The notes: generated from the letters alone by a model not told the origin. Positions 10,234-22,524 are shown, counted from the first letter of the whole stretch. The stretch: DNA of 63,273 nucleotides, filler included, from 10 parts of 10 records of this genome joined end to end with filler, not necessarily neighbours in it; one strand, 5' to 3'. A program made the numbers and translations.

Positions 10234-11901
10234 TCAAGACCAAAATCGCAGCACTTCGTCAACACCCGCAGTTACGATTCGGCCATCAGGAAGCACCCCG
10301 ATGCACTGGGTTGAAGCAACAAGATAGTTTTCATATTCATCTTTGCTCAGTGTACCCTTCAAGCTTGAAGGAGGCAAGGCACGAATGGTGTGCATGTAAC
10401 CAGTGGAATAATCCTCGCATGCATCAAACACGCGCATGTAATCGCTGGTGCACCCGTCATTGGCTGTGCACCAGTCCAGATTTTTTTCGATGCCACAAAG
10501 CACTTGGCCATTTGGCAACGCAACCAACGCCGAGATCCGGGCTGTGCCGAGTTCCATTGAATAAGCGTGGTATGCCCTCCGTTCCTCATTTGTGAGGTCA
10601 GTCACCAGCAACAAGACAGCGGACGCATCAGCAGAATTGTCTATGGCTAGAGCGACAGAGCAGGTACTACCATCACCAGAGCCTGAGACCAAGACTAATT
10701 GACTTATCTGAGACCAAGACTGTATGCATTCTAAGCTCGACGTGTCAACAACTAAGATGCATTCTAAGCTCGAAAGCTGCCACAACCTGAGCGTGCCGTC
10801 CGCGCTTGCACTCACAACCATTTGGTCAGCTGTCTCTGCGGCGCACGTCACAGCGCTGGTATGCCCGACAAGTTCTTGCATTTGGAGACCCCCACTAGAG
10901 CCGTCGCTCTGGCACCCTGCAAAAATCCTGACTGTGCAGTCACGGCAGCAGCACAGGAAGTTGCCGTGCTGACTCGGAGTAGACAAGCGCAAGATGTACC
11001 GTACAGCCATCTCAGCTGCGGGCAACTCGGCCAATGCAGTGTTGTGAGTCCCCATGCGATCTTGAAGGCAATACAGCAGATTGTGTGCATGTTCTGAATC
11101 TTGAGGCGATTCGACATCCCACACCAACAGTTCGGTGGAGTCAGCACTGACGACCATGCCAGCACCAATCGCCGCGACACATGTCACTGGATCATAGTGT
11201 CCAAATTGACCCTGGTGGGTGTCTCCATGCTCGTCGACCTCCCCAAAGTCACCGAGAACACGCAAACATTCGCCTGTCACGCAATCCCAAACACGAAGTG
11301 ACGTGTCGATGCTGCCAGTGACGATGCGCCCATTCGGAAGCACGTCCAGGCACGTAACAGGACCACGGTGATCGGCATCCTGACCATACCCAGCATCCAG
11401 TTCACACGAGCAGGCCTGGGGGTAGTGCATATGGCTGAGCACCCGTCTCCAGCTCCGGTCAGGGTGCATCCGCATCCGCTGCATCCTGCTACAGCGAGAT
11501 TGGGCTTCACCTTCCACAGTAGCGAGGAACGCACTGCAGGCGGCAGCTGCGTGGCACATCTGAATGCCCGGCTGTAGGTGCGAGAGGCACAGCCGCAGGA
11601 TATCGTGATGGGCCGTGAGTTGCCCCAAGCTCGTCCTACACCGAGATCGTGTGTTAGGCATTGTTACTTGAGCGGCCTCCGCAGACACACTGCACTCCGC
11701 AGGCACACACTCGCCGGCAGCAGCAGCGGGGCTTGGCGCGTGCGATGGCGAGTGCGATGTGCGATCGGCGTCTTTTGTAGCGTCCCCGGTCAGGGAGGCT
11801 TCCAAGGAGTCCACCCGGGCCGCTTTGGCTGGGCTATGTGGCTCAACCAGGGTGGCTGGTTCAGAGGGGCTGCGGCTCACTGAGTCGGGCCGGGATCCCA
11901 A
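10234..11901 (-). CDS. WD40-repeat protein with degenerate F-box-like segment; start uncertain
   Basis: HRGPVTCL..IVTGSIDTSLRVWD and GHTSAVTC..VVSASADGTLRLW. The ORF opens at TTG 11901; first in-frame ATG is about 11664. Confidence 0.75.
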   Translation of the reverse strand: MGSRPDSVSRSPSEPATLVEPHSPAKAARVDSLEASLTGDATKDADRTSHSPSHAPSPAAAAGECVPAECSVSAEAAQVTMPNTRSRCRTSLGQLTAHHDILRLCLSHLQPGIQMCHAAAACSAFLATVEGEAQSRCSRMQRMRMHPDRSWRRVLSHMHYPQACSCELDAGYGQDADHRGPVTCLDVLPNGRIVTGSIDTSLRVWDCVTGECLRVLGDFGEVDEHGDTHQGQFGHYDPVTCVAAIGAGMVVSADSTELLVWDVESPQDSEHAHNLLYCLQDRMGTHNTALAELPAAEMAVRYILRLSTPSQHGNFLCCCRDCTVRIFAGCQSDGSSGGLQMQELVGHTSAVTCAAETADQMVVSASADGTLRLWQLSSLECILVVDTSSLECIQSWSQISQLVLVSGSGDGSTCSVALAIDNSADASAVLLLVTDLTNEERRAYHAYSMELGTARISALVALPNGQVLCGIEKNLDWCTANDGCTSDYMRVFDACEDYSTGYMHTIRALPPSSLKGTLSKDEYENYLVASTQCIGVLPDGRIVTAGVDEVLRFWS

Positions 11902-12035
11902 CGGACAAACGCCCGGAGTTGATCATCCAGCGGACGGAGCAGAGAGCGGGCGGGAACGCGGATGGCGCTGGAGCGGTGGCTCAGCACGGCCGCCCCTTGC
12001 ACTTCTGCGGGCAGCGCGCCCGGGCTGTTCGAGGC

Positions 12036-12135
12036 NNNNNNNNNNNNNNNNNNNNNNNNNNNNNNNNNNNNNNNNNNNNTTAATTAATTAANNNNNNNNN
12101 NNNNNNNNNNNNNNNNNNNNNNNNNNNNNNNNNNN
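12036..12135. other. Artificial contig spacer (first of nine)
   Basis: N44-TTAATTAATTAA-N44 with stops in all frames. Also at 15275-15374, 22318-22417, 27175-27274, 33449-33548, 37273-37372, 46026-46125, 52070-52169 and 57215-57314. Confidence 0.99.
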
Positions 12136-12182
12136 CGTGGCAGAAGGATGCGCCATTGCGCCAAAAAAAAGACCCGAACCAA

Positions 12183-12202
12183 AAACATGTATAAAACATG
12201 TA
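12183..12202. repeat. X9-TA-X9 scar
   Basis: aaacatgta-TA-aaacatgta, downstream of the ORC5 stop. Confidence 0.85.
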
Positions 12203-12273
12203 CGATGTCCGGAGATCGGGAGATGGGATTCATTGAGACGAAGTGATATCACGTTTTAGACACCTCGGTAATA

Positions 12274-14212
12274 CTACCCGAGGTCGACTTGTTGCATCCA
12301 ATCCTTGAGCGGCTTGAGCGGGTGGTTCGGGTCCTCGACATCCTGGCCGCCCCGGCTCAATCTCAGGCTACCAGTGCGCCTAGGTGCCTGCAGCCCTGTC
12401 ACGCGCTCTATCAGCTGCCGGTCCGCCATGCATCGGAACTTCATCCCAAGTGGCTTACTCCCCACCCGCGCAAACAGCCCGAGCGTCGATAGCGAGCCTG
12501 GCCACACGCTGTGAGCGCTGGAGAGTGGACGGCGCACCGAGCGCGGGGCCCATTTGTCGGAGCGAGCTGGGGATCTCGACAGGGCTCTGGTCCATGAGTC
12601 GGTGGCAGATGGCCAGCAGCCTCTGGGCCTGGCCTGCCGGTCAGCTGTGGCCGCACTCGGCTCACATGGAATGGGTGGCTGCTCCCCGCGCTGCCCTGCT
12701 CGTCTGTGGCTTTGGGCTTGGTCCGTCGCTTGCCTGACCACACCGGCTCAACTGGCCAGCAGGGCGGGTCGCACGTTTCCGGCTCTTGCTGTCCAAGGCA
12801 GTGAACACGTTGAGGTCGTCCTTGGGGTTCACCCGGGCCGCAAGGTATCCAGACACGAGCAAGTACCGGTGGTGGACGGGAAGCGGCTCCATCTGGTCGA
12901 CCGGGCCACTCCTAAGGAAAAGCTGGTTGAAGATCTTCTTGAGCGTCGGTTCGAAAAGCGTGTACAGCTTGTCGGTCAGGTCGGCGCCCTCGAGCCCACC
13001 CTCGGTCACCTGCAGCGAATGGCCCCGGCCTGGCCCAGCACGGCACCGGCCGGACATACTCGCCAAACCAGCTGCCTGTCACCGGGGGCTCGGCCCAGCG
13101 TTGACTAAGCCAGCTCGCCTGCGAGGTACTGCAGCTCGCCGAGATCTCGGCAGGCACTGGCACAGGTCAGCCCAGCCGTGCGGGGGGCACCTGTAGCAGA
13201 TGTCTATGAGCAAATTGACGAAGCCTGTGGACGGTCGGTCTGCCCGGCCTGCAAGGGGCACCAGGCCAGAGCTGGGCAGTCTGAGGCTGGACAGCGAGCT
13301 TTGGCCTGAGACGCTTCAGGATCAGCTTGAGCTGCTCGTCCGAATAGCTGCTGAAGTGCAGTTGAAGCGGTGGGGCCATCTGGAGGTCGAGCTGCGCACA
13401 GGAGCTCAGCCAGACCCGTGCCAGAGGCCGCGCCTGCACGACCGGCGGCAGTTGGAACCACCCGACAGTGCTCACCAGCACGATCAGCACCCGGCACCTG
13501 ACTCGGGCTGAGCAGCCGCCCGCCTGGGGGATGCCCTGCGTTCCACAGCCTCGGGAGCACCTGCGGTTGGTCAGACAGACCCGATGACTCGTCACCCGGA
13601 ACACGCCGCCTTGCTCTATCGCGTGCAGCCGCTCGGCCTGCTCGACCACCTGCCCGGACTCATCGCTACCCACCTAGCTCGCCCACCAAGTACACTAGCC
13701 GCTCGGCGGTCAGCCGCCTGCCCCCCGCCCTCCGCCCCGCCGGCCAGCCTTTTTTCACCTCAGCTCGGTGCAAAACCCGGCCGGTCCGTCGCACCCGGCC
13801 GGCTCGGACGGGGGCCCGTGCAGCTGATCCAGAATGTTGTTATACAACCTGGTCCGGCTGGCCCAGGCACAGGCCCGGGGCCACCCGCGCGCCGGATGAT
13901 CGCTCCACTCCACCGCGCTCACCGTAGCCACCCGGTGTCCCCGCCCGACCTGCACCGCCGGATCGGCCGCGGCACGGTCCAGCTGCGGCTGCCGTGTCCA
14001 GCGCGTGTCGCACCGCCATTGTCTTGCCGCACCCGCCCGGGCCGTACACATACACCAGCTGCCGCCCCGCTCGCCCCGCAGCTGGCAGGAAGCACCGAGC
14101 CACGGGCTGAATCTGGGTGCATCAGTCGCCCCAGCTGCGCCAACTCGGCCTCCCGGCACAACACCGGCGATGCCAGCCCGACGGCGTCGCCGGCCTCGTC
14201 AGCCTCTGGCAT
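12274..14212 (-). CDS. ORC5: Origin recognition complex subunit 5, multi-exon
   Basis: CREAELAQL, VYVYGPGGCGKT (Walker A), LYNNILDQL, LHFSSYSDEQLKLIL, LPVHHRYLLVSGYLAA..NP..D, KFRC across frames linked by ~40-nt introns. Confidence 0.85.
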
Positions 14213-14424
14213 AGCGAGATGAGTTCAAGCCGCAGGAAAAAACCCGCGGCTGGCAACTGGTGTACTACGACTGTATGTGGCATGGTGCCTTGGAAGAGGC
14301 CGACGAGGCGCGAGGCCAGCAGCGGCCCATGAACTCGAGTATTTCACAGCCGGAGCCGAGTGGGACGGCCACGGGGCCACTGTCCCTTAGAGACTCCCGG
14401 TCCCACGCCGAACACAAGGGCGCG

Positions 14425-14508
14425 CTGAGCGATATGAACTTTGACAACTTTATATCGCTCAGTGACCATGAAGTTTGACAGGGTCCCTGCTCAGCGATAT
14501 GAACTTCA
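14425..14508. repeat. Inverted repeat CTGAGCGATAT/ATATCGCTCAG plus a third direct copy
   Basis: 11-bp arms spanning about 14425-14463; CTCAGCGATATGAACT recurs at 14490. Confidence 0.7.
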
Positions 14509-15104
14509 TGTGGGGCTGAGCTAGGTAGGGGCCCCGCACCCCGACTTTATGGGAGTTTGAACAGTTACGGCATGCACACGATCGCTCCATGCATTGACCG
14601 AGTGGCTTGTTGTGGAGTCGTAAACGACAGGACACGCTTTCCTTTCTGATAGATCGGGATCTGCCCCTTCCCACAGCTGCGACTACCAATTCAGCTGTGG
14701 GTGTTCCGAGCCATACAAGATCACAAGCATGAGCAGCAGCACCGGCAAAGGAGATAAAAGCTGTTCCTCTTTCTTTGACGGCGAGGAAAAGGCTGCCGCA
14801 CATCAGCCTTCCGCTTCTGGAAAATAACACCGACTCAGTTGAAGGGGCGAGGGTGTGGCTGGCACCTCGTGGGACGGAAGGGCAAATACAAGTGAGCCGA
14901 AGCTCGATGCGAAGCCGCCACCGCCTTCCTTGTCAACCCCTTTGAGGTAAGAAGTCTCGACTGTCACGAACCCCCAAAGCAGACACGGCCGCAGACAAGG
15001 TGACCGGAGTCATGGCCCGTCAGTCGAGACGGGGTATCTTGGCCCCTGTGATCAATGGCTGCAGTCACCATGTAGCTTGTGCCACGAATCAAGATCGACT
15101 CCCC

Positions 15105-15124
15105 TAGCTGGAATATAGCTGGAA
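15105..15124. repeat. X9-TA-X9 scar
   Basis: tagctggaa-TA-tagctggaa. Confidence 0.9.
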
Positions 15125-15422
15125 CTTGCATTGATTCTTGACCAAATAATTAATTATCATTGGGCAGGCGTGAGAGACCACAATTCGCGCCACTGGACGA
15201 TCCACGGCGCCGCCTCGTGCTTCTCACCTGAGGCCATGCACTGGCGAGTGTTGGCCGCCGTCCTGGCGCTGCCTNNNNNNNNNNNNNNNNNNNNNNNNNN
15301 NNNNNNNNNNNNNNNNNNTTAATTAATTAANNNNNNNNNNNNNNNNNNNNNNNNNNNNNNNNNNNNNNNNNNNNCTCACCACGCGTTGGAGCGACGAATT
15401 CACTGAGAGTCAGTTCGAGCCA

Positions 15423-16139
15423 ATGTACGAGAAATTCGAGGCTCACGTCAAGGCCTGCGATGCCGGTGTGGACGATCAGTGGGACAAGTTCCGTACAGCG
15501 CGCGATGCAATGCTCGGTGAGCTCTACGGGACTCTGCGTGACAGGTGTGACCAGTTGGAGCCGGAATTCAGCAAGTGGAAAGCAGAGATGGCGAGCGTGG
15601 AGTGCACGGACCAACGAGTTTTTTCCAACCCTAAACATTCTGAGCACAAGCGCGATCGTTGTATTCCCGGTACCGCTGCATCATGGTTCACCCAAGAGGC
15701 TGACGGAGAGAAATACTTTGTGACGTGGGATGAGCATTGCATGGCTGAATTCGACAAGCTATGTGCACATGTGAGGGCCAAGATTAGTCAACTATACCTA
15801 CAGCATTACGGCGCACTCGAAGAATCGGATCAAATGGACTCGATTTGCTACGTCCACCTCTCGCCTACTCTCAATTTCGGTGAGATTTCAGAGGAGCGCA
15901 CAGAAGTGAGAGAGGCAGATAAGTTTGTTGAACTGACACCCGATGAGCTCCGCAAGCACGACGGACCTACAGTTGCGCTCAAAACTGGTGGCCGTAGCTA
16001 TCAGCGGGTGATGACAAAAGTCTCGGCAAAGACTTTACCCGTAAAGGGATTGTACAGGCGATCAAGTGAACATGGCTACAATGGTCTGAACTTCCTCGTA
16101 TTTCCGGGAGGAAGCTGCCTAGACGGTTTAGACATATAA
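15423..16139 (+). CDS. Hypothetical protein, possibly 5'-truncated by the contig edge
   Basis: 238-aa ORF with natural composition, followed by an AT-rich 3' region. Confidence 0.55.
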   Translation: MYEKFEAHVKACDAGVDDQWDKFRTARDAMLGELYGTLRDRCDQLEPEFSKWKAEMASVECTDQRVFSNPKHSEHKRDRCIPGTAASWFTQEADGEKYFVTWDEHCMAEFDKLCAHVRAKISQLYLQHYGALEESDQMDSICYVHLSPTLNFGEISEERTEVREADKFVELTPDELRKHDGPTVALKTGGRSYQRVMTKVSAKTLPVKGLYRRSSEHGYNGLNFLVFPGGSCLDGLDI

Positions 16140-16210
16140 TGATCTCCTCGTTAGAGGGATAACGAATTCCTGGACATCTGTGATGAAGGAGGGGCAAGGA
16201 TTCATATCCA

Positions 16211-16287
16211 AAGTACTAGTAAAGTACTGGAAGAGTGCCGAGTAATTTTGAAATGGTAATGAATTGATCGATCACATATCGATCACA
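16211..16287. repeat. Two X9-TA-X9 scars
   Basis: aagtactag-TA-aagtactgg (16211-16230, 1 mismatch); tcgatcaca-TA-tcgatcaca (16268-16287). Confidence 0.85.
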
Positions 16288-16370
16288 ATTGCCATAGGTT
16301 AGGTGAGCCTTAGGCCCTAACTTTCTAATAAATGCACTTGTATATACATAATTGATTGATCACGATTATG

Positions 16371-19300
16371 CTACTCGTTGATCACAATCGCTTGAAAGAT
16401 TTGCTTGAATGTGGTTGCAAGCATGTCCGTATTCGGGCACAACAAAACCTGACCCTAGTGTCAAGCCACGCCTCGCACCGGTCTCGCACCCGGCCAGGTT
16501 GCATCGCCTGCTTGATTCGCTCTCCTTCTTGGTTCGTGTTGGCCATGAGGATCGCGAGAGCGTGCACCTCTGGGTCGGCGGCCAGCGACCGACTCCATTC
16601 CTCGGGTTGGATGCCATACCGCTCTAGGTCAGCGTCGCTTAGCACAAACACAAAGTACTCATCGGCAGGCTTGGACTTGACCTCCTTTACCGCCAGTACT
16701 GTGCCCTCCAAGGTGTGATCCCCCGGGCTGCAATACTGTGCATGAGCTGCCATCTTTTGCACAGTCTGCAGCCGCTCCTGTGGGCTACGTGGAGGGCAAC
16801 CCCACTCAACAAAGGTGACGGCCTCTGGGCCAGTGCCGGAGTGCCCGACCATAGAGTAGTCGTATTTGTGCTCCAAGCCCTCAAAGGCCTCAAATATGAA
16901 CATGCTGGCCTGCATCAGCCGGTCAAGCCTCTGGTCCAATCTATTGAACGTGTACATAGATCCGCTCACATCCAGCACAAACCTGATTCGCTTGGGCACC
17001 TCTGGGCGAGAGCCAGCCATCGAGCTGCTCTGATTTGCTTCAGCTCGTCGCTTGTAAATCTTGGTGGCGCCTGTGATCCCATCCACTAATCTGTGCTCGT
17101 CAATCTCGCCCTGCTCTGCTCGCACCCAGGTCCGTTCCTTCTGCTTATTCCTGTGCCCGAGCAGCACCAGCCTCATCTGCGATACCTCATTGGCCACAGC
17201 CTGGTGCAGCTGCTCATACTGCTCCGCATCATGCTTGTTCAGCTCGATCTCGGCCAGCCGCTCCTGATAAGCTGCAGCGCCCATTCGCTTGGCTGCTTCA
17301 CGAGACTCATCCGAGATCCCTTCCTGCTTCTGCTGCTCGTTGAGCATCACAAGCCGCTGCCCCACGTCCAGTCTGTATGGACCCGCCCGGCCTCCCAGCC
17401 CAGCTGTGCCAGTACCGCCTGACCCACCTGCCCACTTGTTGCCCCCAATATGCTCAGAACCATCCCACTCGCCATGGGTCGGCCCCTTGTCCGAAATCGG
17501 CGGCGGGGCATCCTTGCGGCTCATTGCGTCCTCCCCCGGTGAGGAGGCGTCGACATCCTTCGACTTGTCACGGTCCTGATCCAACTTGAGGCTCATGTCC
17601 CCTCGTGCAGGTCCCTGATGACTTATCTCTAGCGTCAGACTGTCAGTGCCCGGACCACACACAAACAACTCTCCTGGTGCAAACCCGTGCCTAGCCAGCA
17701 CCTGCTCCAGAGTGGCGCGGGCAGCAGGGTCAAGCGTGTCAAACGCAAGCACGTTGCGCAATGCAGTCTCAATCCCGTCCGATCCCCACATGTGCAGGTG
17801 CCGTGCCACTTGAACCAGCTCTCGGGTGGAGTAGGGATACACCAGCACATCTCGCTCGTGAAGTTCACGCAACTCTACAAAAAGCACCACCAGCCGGATC
17901 AATGCCTCCCGGCTCACTGATGGCGCGTGCGAAGTCAGCAGCTGGATCTCATCAGCAGGCAGCGGGTTGGGCACCGCGTGGCAGCCAAACACGTCCCCGC
18001 ACTCAGCAAAAAAGTCGTTGCCCAGGAAAGGATACCCCGGCCGGTTAGCCAGGACAATCATGCGAAACTCTGGGTGGATCACCAGGGCGTTCTCATACCA
18101 GTCAGCCTGGCTGTGTGGCACAAGATGTCTGCCATCCGGCAACTGGATCGCTCCACGCTCTGCCAGCGCTTTGAGTACACAGACCACCTCCAGCGGCGCC
18201 TTGTCCGCCTCATCTACAACGAGCACCCTGCCCATGTACACGGCCCGGAGCAGCGCCGAGTCCTGCCACTCGAGGACTCCATTGTTGAGCGTGGGCACCA
18301 TCGTGAGCGAGGCCACTGTGACATCCCGATGCAGCTGCACATACTCGCGCTCGGCATCGAGCAGTTGCAGAAAGTGGTCAGTGAGCTTGTTCTTGCCGAC
18401 GCCTTGGTTGCCCATGAGCACCAGTTCATGTCCTAGCAGCCAGTCTCTTAGCAGCTCACGCAAGAGCAAGCTCTGTTGCTCCACCTGGACAAAGTAAACA
18501 TTTGGGACAAGCAACTGTTCAGCTGGTGGCGCCCGCTGTGGTGCACTCACGCCGCCTATTGACAACACCCTGTTTTCCACCGTGATCGAAAGCCCAGCTG
18601 CCCGTGCTGGCGGGGTCTCGAGGTCCGCCTTGAGCTGGTTTCGGCGAGTCTCCGCCTGCTTCTTGTCAGCGGCCTGTCGCTCTGCTAGCTGGCTATTGAT
18701 TTGAGCATCGAGCTGCTGGTTGGGCGATCCTGCAAAGTCTCGGGCCATCCTGGCCGATATTGTCATATCTTCTAGTCTCTTCCGCTCAGTCCGTGCTTTC
18801 GTCACCTCTGCACGCTGCTGCTGGCTATCAGCTGCAGTTGGCTCGGCGCTAAAAGCTGCGTCCAACATCGCGCGCACCATTTGGCGCGTGGTACTAGGCA
18901 TGAAATCCAGTCTAGCTGCAAAGACGCGCTCTATTGCCTGCATTGCCTGGCTCAGCCTGTCCTCAGCAGCTGGCTCGAGCCGACACCCGATCCGGTGCAT
19001 CGCACGCATCGAAAGTCGCAAGCACCCGAGCCTGTGGTTCTCCAGAGCTGCGTCTTCCATCGCTTGGGCGTACTTGAGAATCGCTTGGACAACTTCCTGT
19101 GCCACCTCAGGACAACCAGCCCGCAGCACGGCCGCAATCTCTCCAGGGTCTGCAGCAGCGATCGAGTGCACATGCAGTATCGCCAGCACCTCGTGGTCAC
19201 ACCAGTGTGCCTTCCCGGCATGATCCAGCGAGCCGGTGGCAATCACACGAAACGCTGGATGCACCACCCGCATAGCTGGCCCGTCTGCGCCAGTCCCACC

Positions 19301-21360
19301 CAGCGCGTGGAACTGCTCTGGTGATACCAGCAAAGAGCCATCCGGCAGCTGCATCTGCCCATCGAGCAGCAGCCGCCCGAGCGCCGAGTAGAGCAATCCA
19401 GGATGCAGCCGATCCACCCCTTCCAACAGGATCACGTCTCCTGCCACTGCAGCGGCAACCACGGCAGAATCCCGCCAGCTGGTGTCCCCATTGAGCTCAG
19501 TGGCCCGCGCCATGGTCAAATCAGCGCTGGACATATCCTTGAAGCACAGCACCGATACAACCCTACCGTACCCCAATGCCCTGGCCGCCTGGTGGGCCAC
19601 AGTGCTCTTGCCGCTACCAGGGGCTCCCACCACACAGGCCACTCCGCCTGCCTGGGCCGCCCACTGCCTGACCACGCCCGCCACCGCGCTCGCCTGCCCC
19701 CAGCTGGCAGTGACAAGCTGGCAGGGTCTACCTGTGAGACAGTCAGCCGCCAAGCTCGTCCCCACTTGGCTCCGTCAAACGGCCAACAGGCGAGCGCCTC
19801 AGTCTGCTGGCTCGCGCTTGCCACTCTCTGTCCCCGACTCAGCACGGGGGCCTAACGGCAGCTGCCTGCACGAGCTCAGCCTTCTCCCGGCAGTCGCCAA
19901 ACTCGACCTGGTGCTCCCGTAGCCAGCCCTTGAGAGCAGACACCGACATCCCCGCTGCATCTAGCCCGGCAGCCCCGCTAGCACATGCCAGCTCGCCCGG
20001 CCCACACACGCACTCGAGTGGCACTGGTCGCACGCTCGGTCCGAATTCTATTTCACATCTGTTGGGCGCAAGCCTGCTTATCTTACTAGGCCAGCCCTCT
20101 GCATCTTGCCCGAGCCCATGCAGCCCGTACTGGGCCATCAAGCTCGCCAGACCCGCGTGGGCAGGCAGCAGCTGGTGTGCAGTCGCTGAACCGAACTCGA
20201 GAGTGAGCGGCAAGCCCGGGAGCGCGGCCAGCACTGTAGCCAGGCAGCGCAGCCGCTCCTGATTCAGCACGATTGGCGCGCCTTGCAAGCCGTTGTTAGC
20301 ATTGTACTCCTCAACCGCACCCGCCACCGCGCTGAGCGTGTGCGCAGCCCCAATAGATAGGTCCGGCTGGTTGATCGCTTCAGCCCAATCGGTGGGAACA
20401 TGACAGCACGCGAACCGGGAGCGGAGCGGTGGGTCGAGAGCGTTGCTCCCGGCGCTGCGGGCAGTCAGTGGCCGATAGGCTGGAGGAGCAGTCACCTTGG
20501 GTGTGCAGTGGTGGGCTGGCCGATCGCGACCACGGTGAAGCCAGGGTGCACCCTTCGCCAGCCGGGCGGAAGCGTGGATGGATCGCAGCTAGGGTTGGCC
20601 AGGAAGCTACCTGTCTCCGGGGTCAGCAGCAGCTCGCCTGACGTGGCTGCCGTCTTCCAGGGCCATCTCACGGTTCTCAAGCAGGTTGTTGATCACAGGC
20701 AGCACGTTCCTCTCAGCCTTGTCTATTCCATCCAGCAGCAGCACCTGACCTGGGTAAGAGCACGCAGCGCAGCCAACCCACCCTCCCCGCCACAGCCGCC
20801 CTCACCACCGGGCTGTCGGTCCAGCTCACCTGGCCTGCCCTGATCTGGCGCCGCTGCTTGAGGTCGGCCTCGTTGGTGTCCCGTGTGACTGGCACGTGCT
20901 CCAGCTCCATCCCGAGCAGCTGGCAACAGAGCATGGCGCACCGCCGGCAGTCCGGCCCGGGCGCCCCAGCCAGGAACACGTCCTGGCCCAGCAGCAGCTT
21001 CTGGAACATCCAGCGCACTACCTGGAGGTCCCGCTGGCTCCCGCCCGGACGGGCCAGCCACGGCAGCCAGCCGGGCCGCCCGCCGGCCCGGGCCCGGACA
21101 GCCAGCCCCCCGAGCCGCACCACGCGCTCCCCGGCGCCATCGTCCCCCGGCAGCAGCAGCGGCTCCTCCCCTGCCGGCTGGCTCGACTCTCCGGCTGGCT
21201 CGTCCTCGGCATCCCGGCTTATCAGTGACTGGGCCGGGCGGGTCTGCCCGTCGGACTCGAAGTACTCAACCAGCTCGTCCCGGCTCCAGGCAGCCGAGTC
21301 AGACGGCAGCTCCACCCACGGGTAGTCCGTCTCGAACTCCTCCAGCCGCTGGTCCGCCAT
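16371..21360 (-). CDS. VWA8: VWA8-like triple AAA+ ATPase with C-terminal vWA domain
   Basis: GQDVFL.G.PG..RR, GAPGSGKS, GNQGVGKNKL, VDEADKAP, GGNKWAGGSGGTGTAGLGGRAGPYRLD, DVSGSMY MIDAS. The last intron gives a TFKQIF..NE* ending. Confidence 0.9.
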
Positions 21361-21542
21361 CTCCGACCAGTTGCCGATAAGTCTCAAGTGATAACTCTGC
21401 ATGTAGATCTAGACGATGTGCAGCTGGACAGCAGCAGCAGCAGCTGTACTGCTAGAGTCTACTAATTAACTACGAGTAGGAACTATACCGGTACCTACAT
21501 ATATATAGGCTGTACCGGGGCCGGTCTCGGCTCGTCCGTGCG

Positions 21543-21562
21543 AGAGCGACTTAAGAGCGACT
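21543..21562. repeat. X9-TA-X9 scar
   Basis: agagcgact-TA-agagcgact. Confidence 0.9.
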
Positions 21563-21779
21563 TGTGTCCCTAGGTCTACCGCTGGTGCACTCAATCTATG
21601 AAAGGCGTGCAAGGGATCGTGTTTCTACTTGTGCAATAAAGATGATGTTATTTAGATCTTGCATGCCATTTGAATTCGGATTAGATATTGCATTGTGCTT
21701 GGATCCTACATTCCAACATGTTCGGGATTTCGAAGGGGTCGTCATATTCAGTCAGATCTGAGTCTTGGTCGCTCCAATT

Positions 21780-22317
21780 TTAATAATAGCCATGTTTACA
21801 CCACATGTTGAGCTGAAACTCTCTCCGGGCAGACGCTCCCTCTTCCGGCATTGCCATCTGGAACTCTCCGCGGACAGGGTCTACAAACACAGTGATCACC
21901 TCAGCATCTCCATCTGCGAGCAAATGTTCCTCCCAGGGAGAATCGGCATTGAAGTCCTCAACATGACTACTGCTCTCAATGAGACTGCTCAGCCCACGCT
22001 GAAGGGCTGTCGGAGCACGGTTCATGCTTTGGACTATTCTCATGGCCAGTGCCTGTGTATGAAAGGAAGGCAACGCATTCTTGCACACCCAACCTACATC
22101 AGCAACTGCCCCATTCCCAGTGGAATAGACATTCACATCTGGCTGAAAGCCCACCCCAAACTTGCCACGTGGCTGGAGCTGTTCCTCGAGAAGCTTGAAC
22201 CTCCTCTGTTCCCTCACATCAAGATCAGCAAGTTCGCTTTGTTCTGGCGTGTTGAGCGGCACTCGCTGGTCAATCAGGAAAAAGGCGAGGAAATCCCTCG
22301 AGCCATCTCCCTCCTCG
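21780..22317 (-). CDS. Hypothetical protein, 3' part
   Basis: ORF running from near the contig edge to a stop followed by AT-rich sequence. Confidence 0.45.
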
Positions 22318-22417
22318 NNNNNNNNNNNNNNNNNNNNNNNNNNNNNNNNNNNNNNNNNNNNTTAATTAATTAANNNNNNNNNNNNNNNNNNNNNNNNNNN
22401 NNNNNNNNNNNNNNNNN

Positions 22418-22524
22418 TGCAGAATCGGGGTGGCAGGACTGCGCTCATGTTGGCAGCTCAGCAGGGCCACAACGATATCGTAGCAGCGCTCACCAATGCA
22501 CCTGCACTGTTCGGGTCTTCATAG
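22418..22524 (+). CDS. Ankyrin-repeat protein, 3' end
   Basis: QNRGGRTALMLAAQQGHNDIVAAL..*. Confidence 0.8.
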
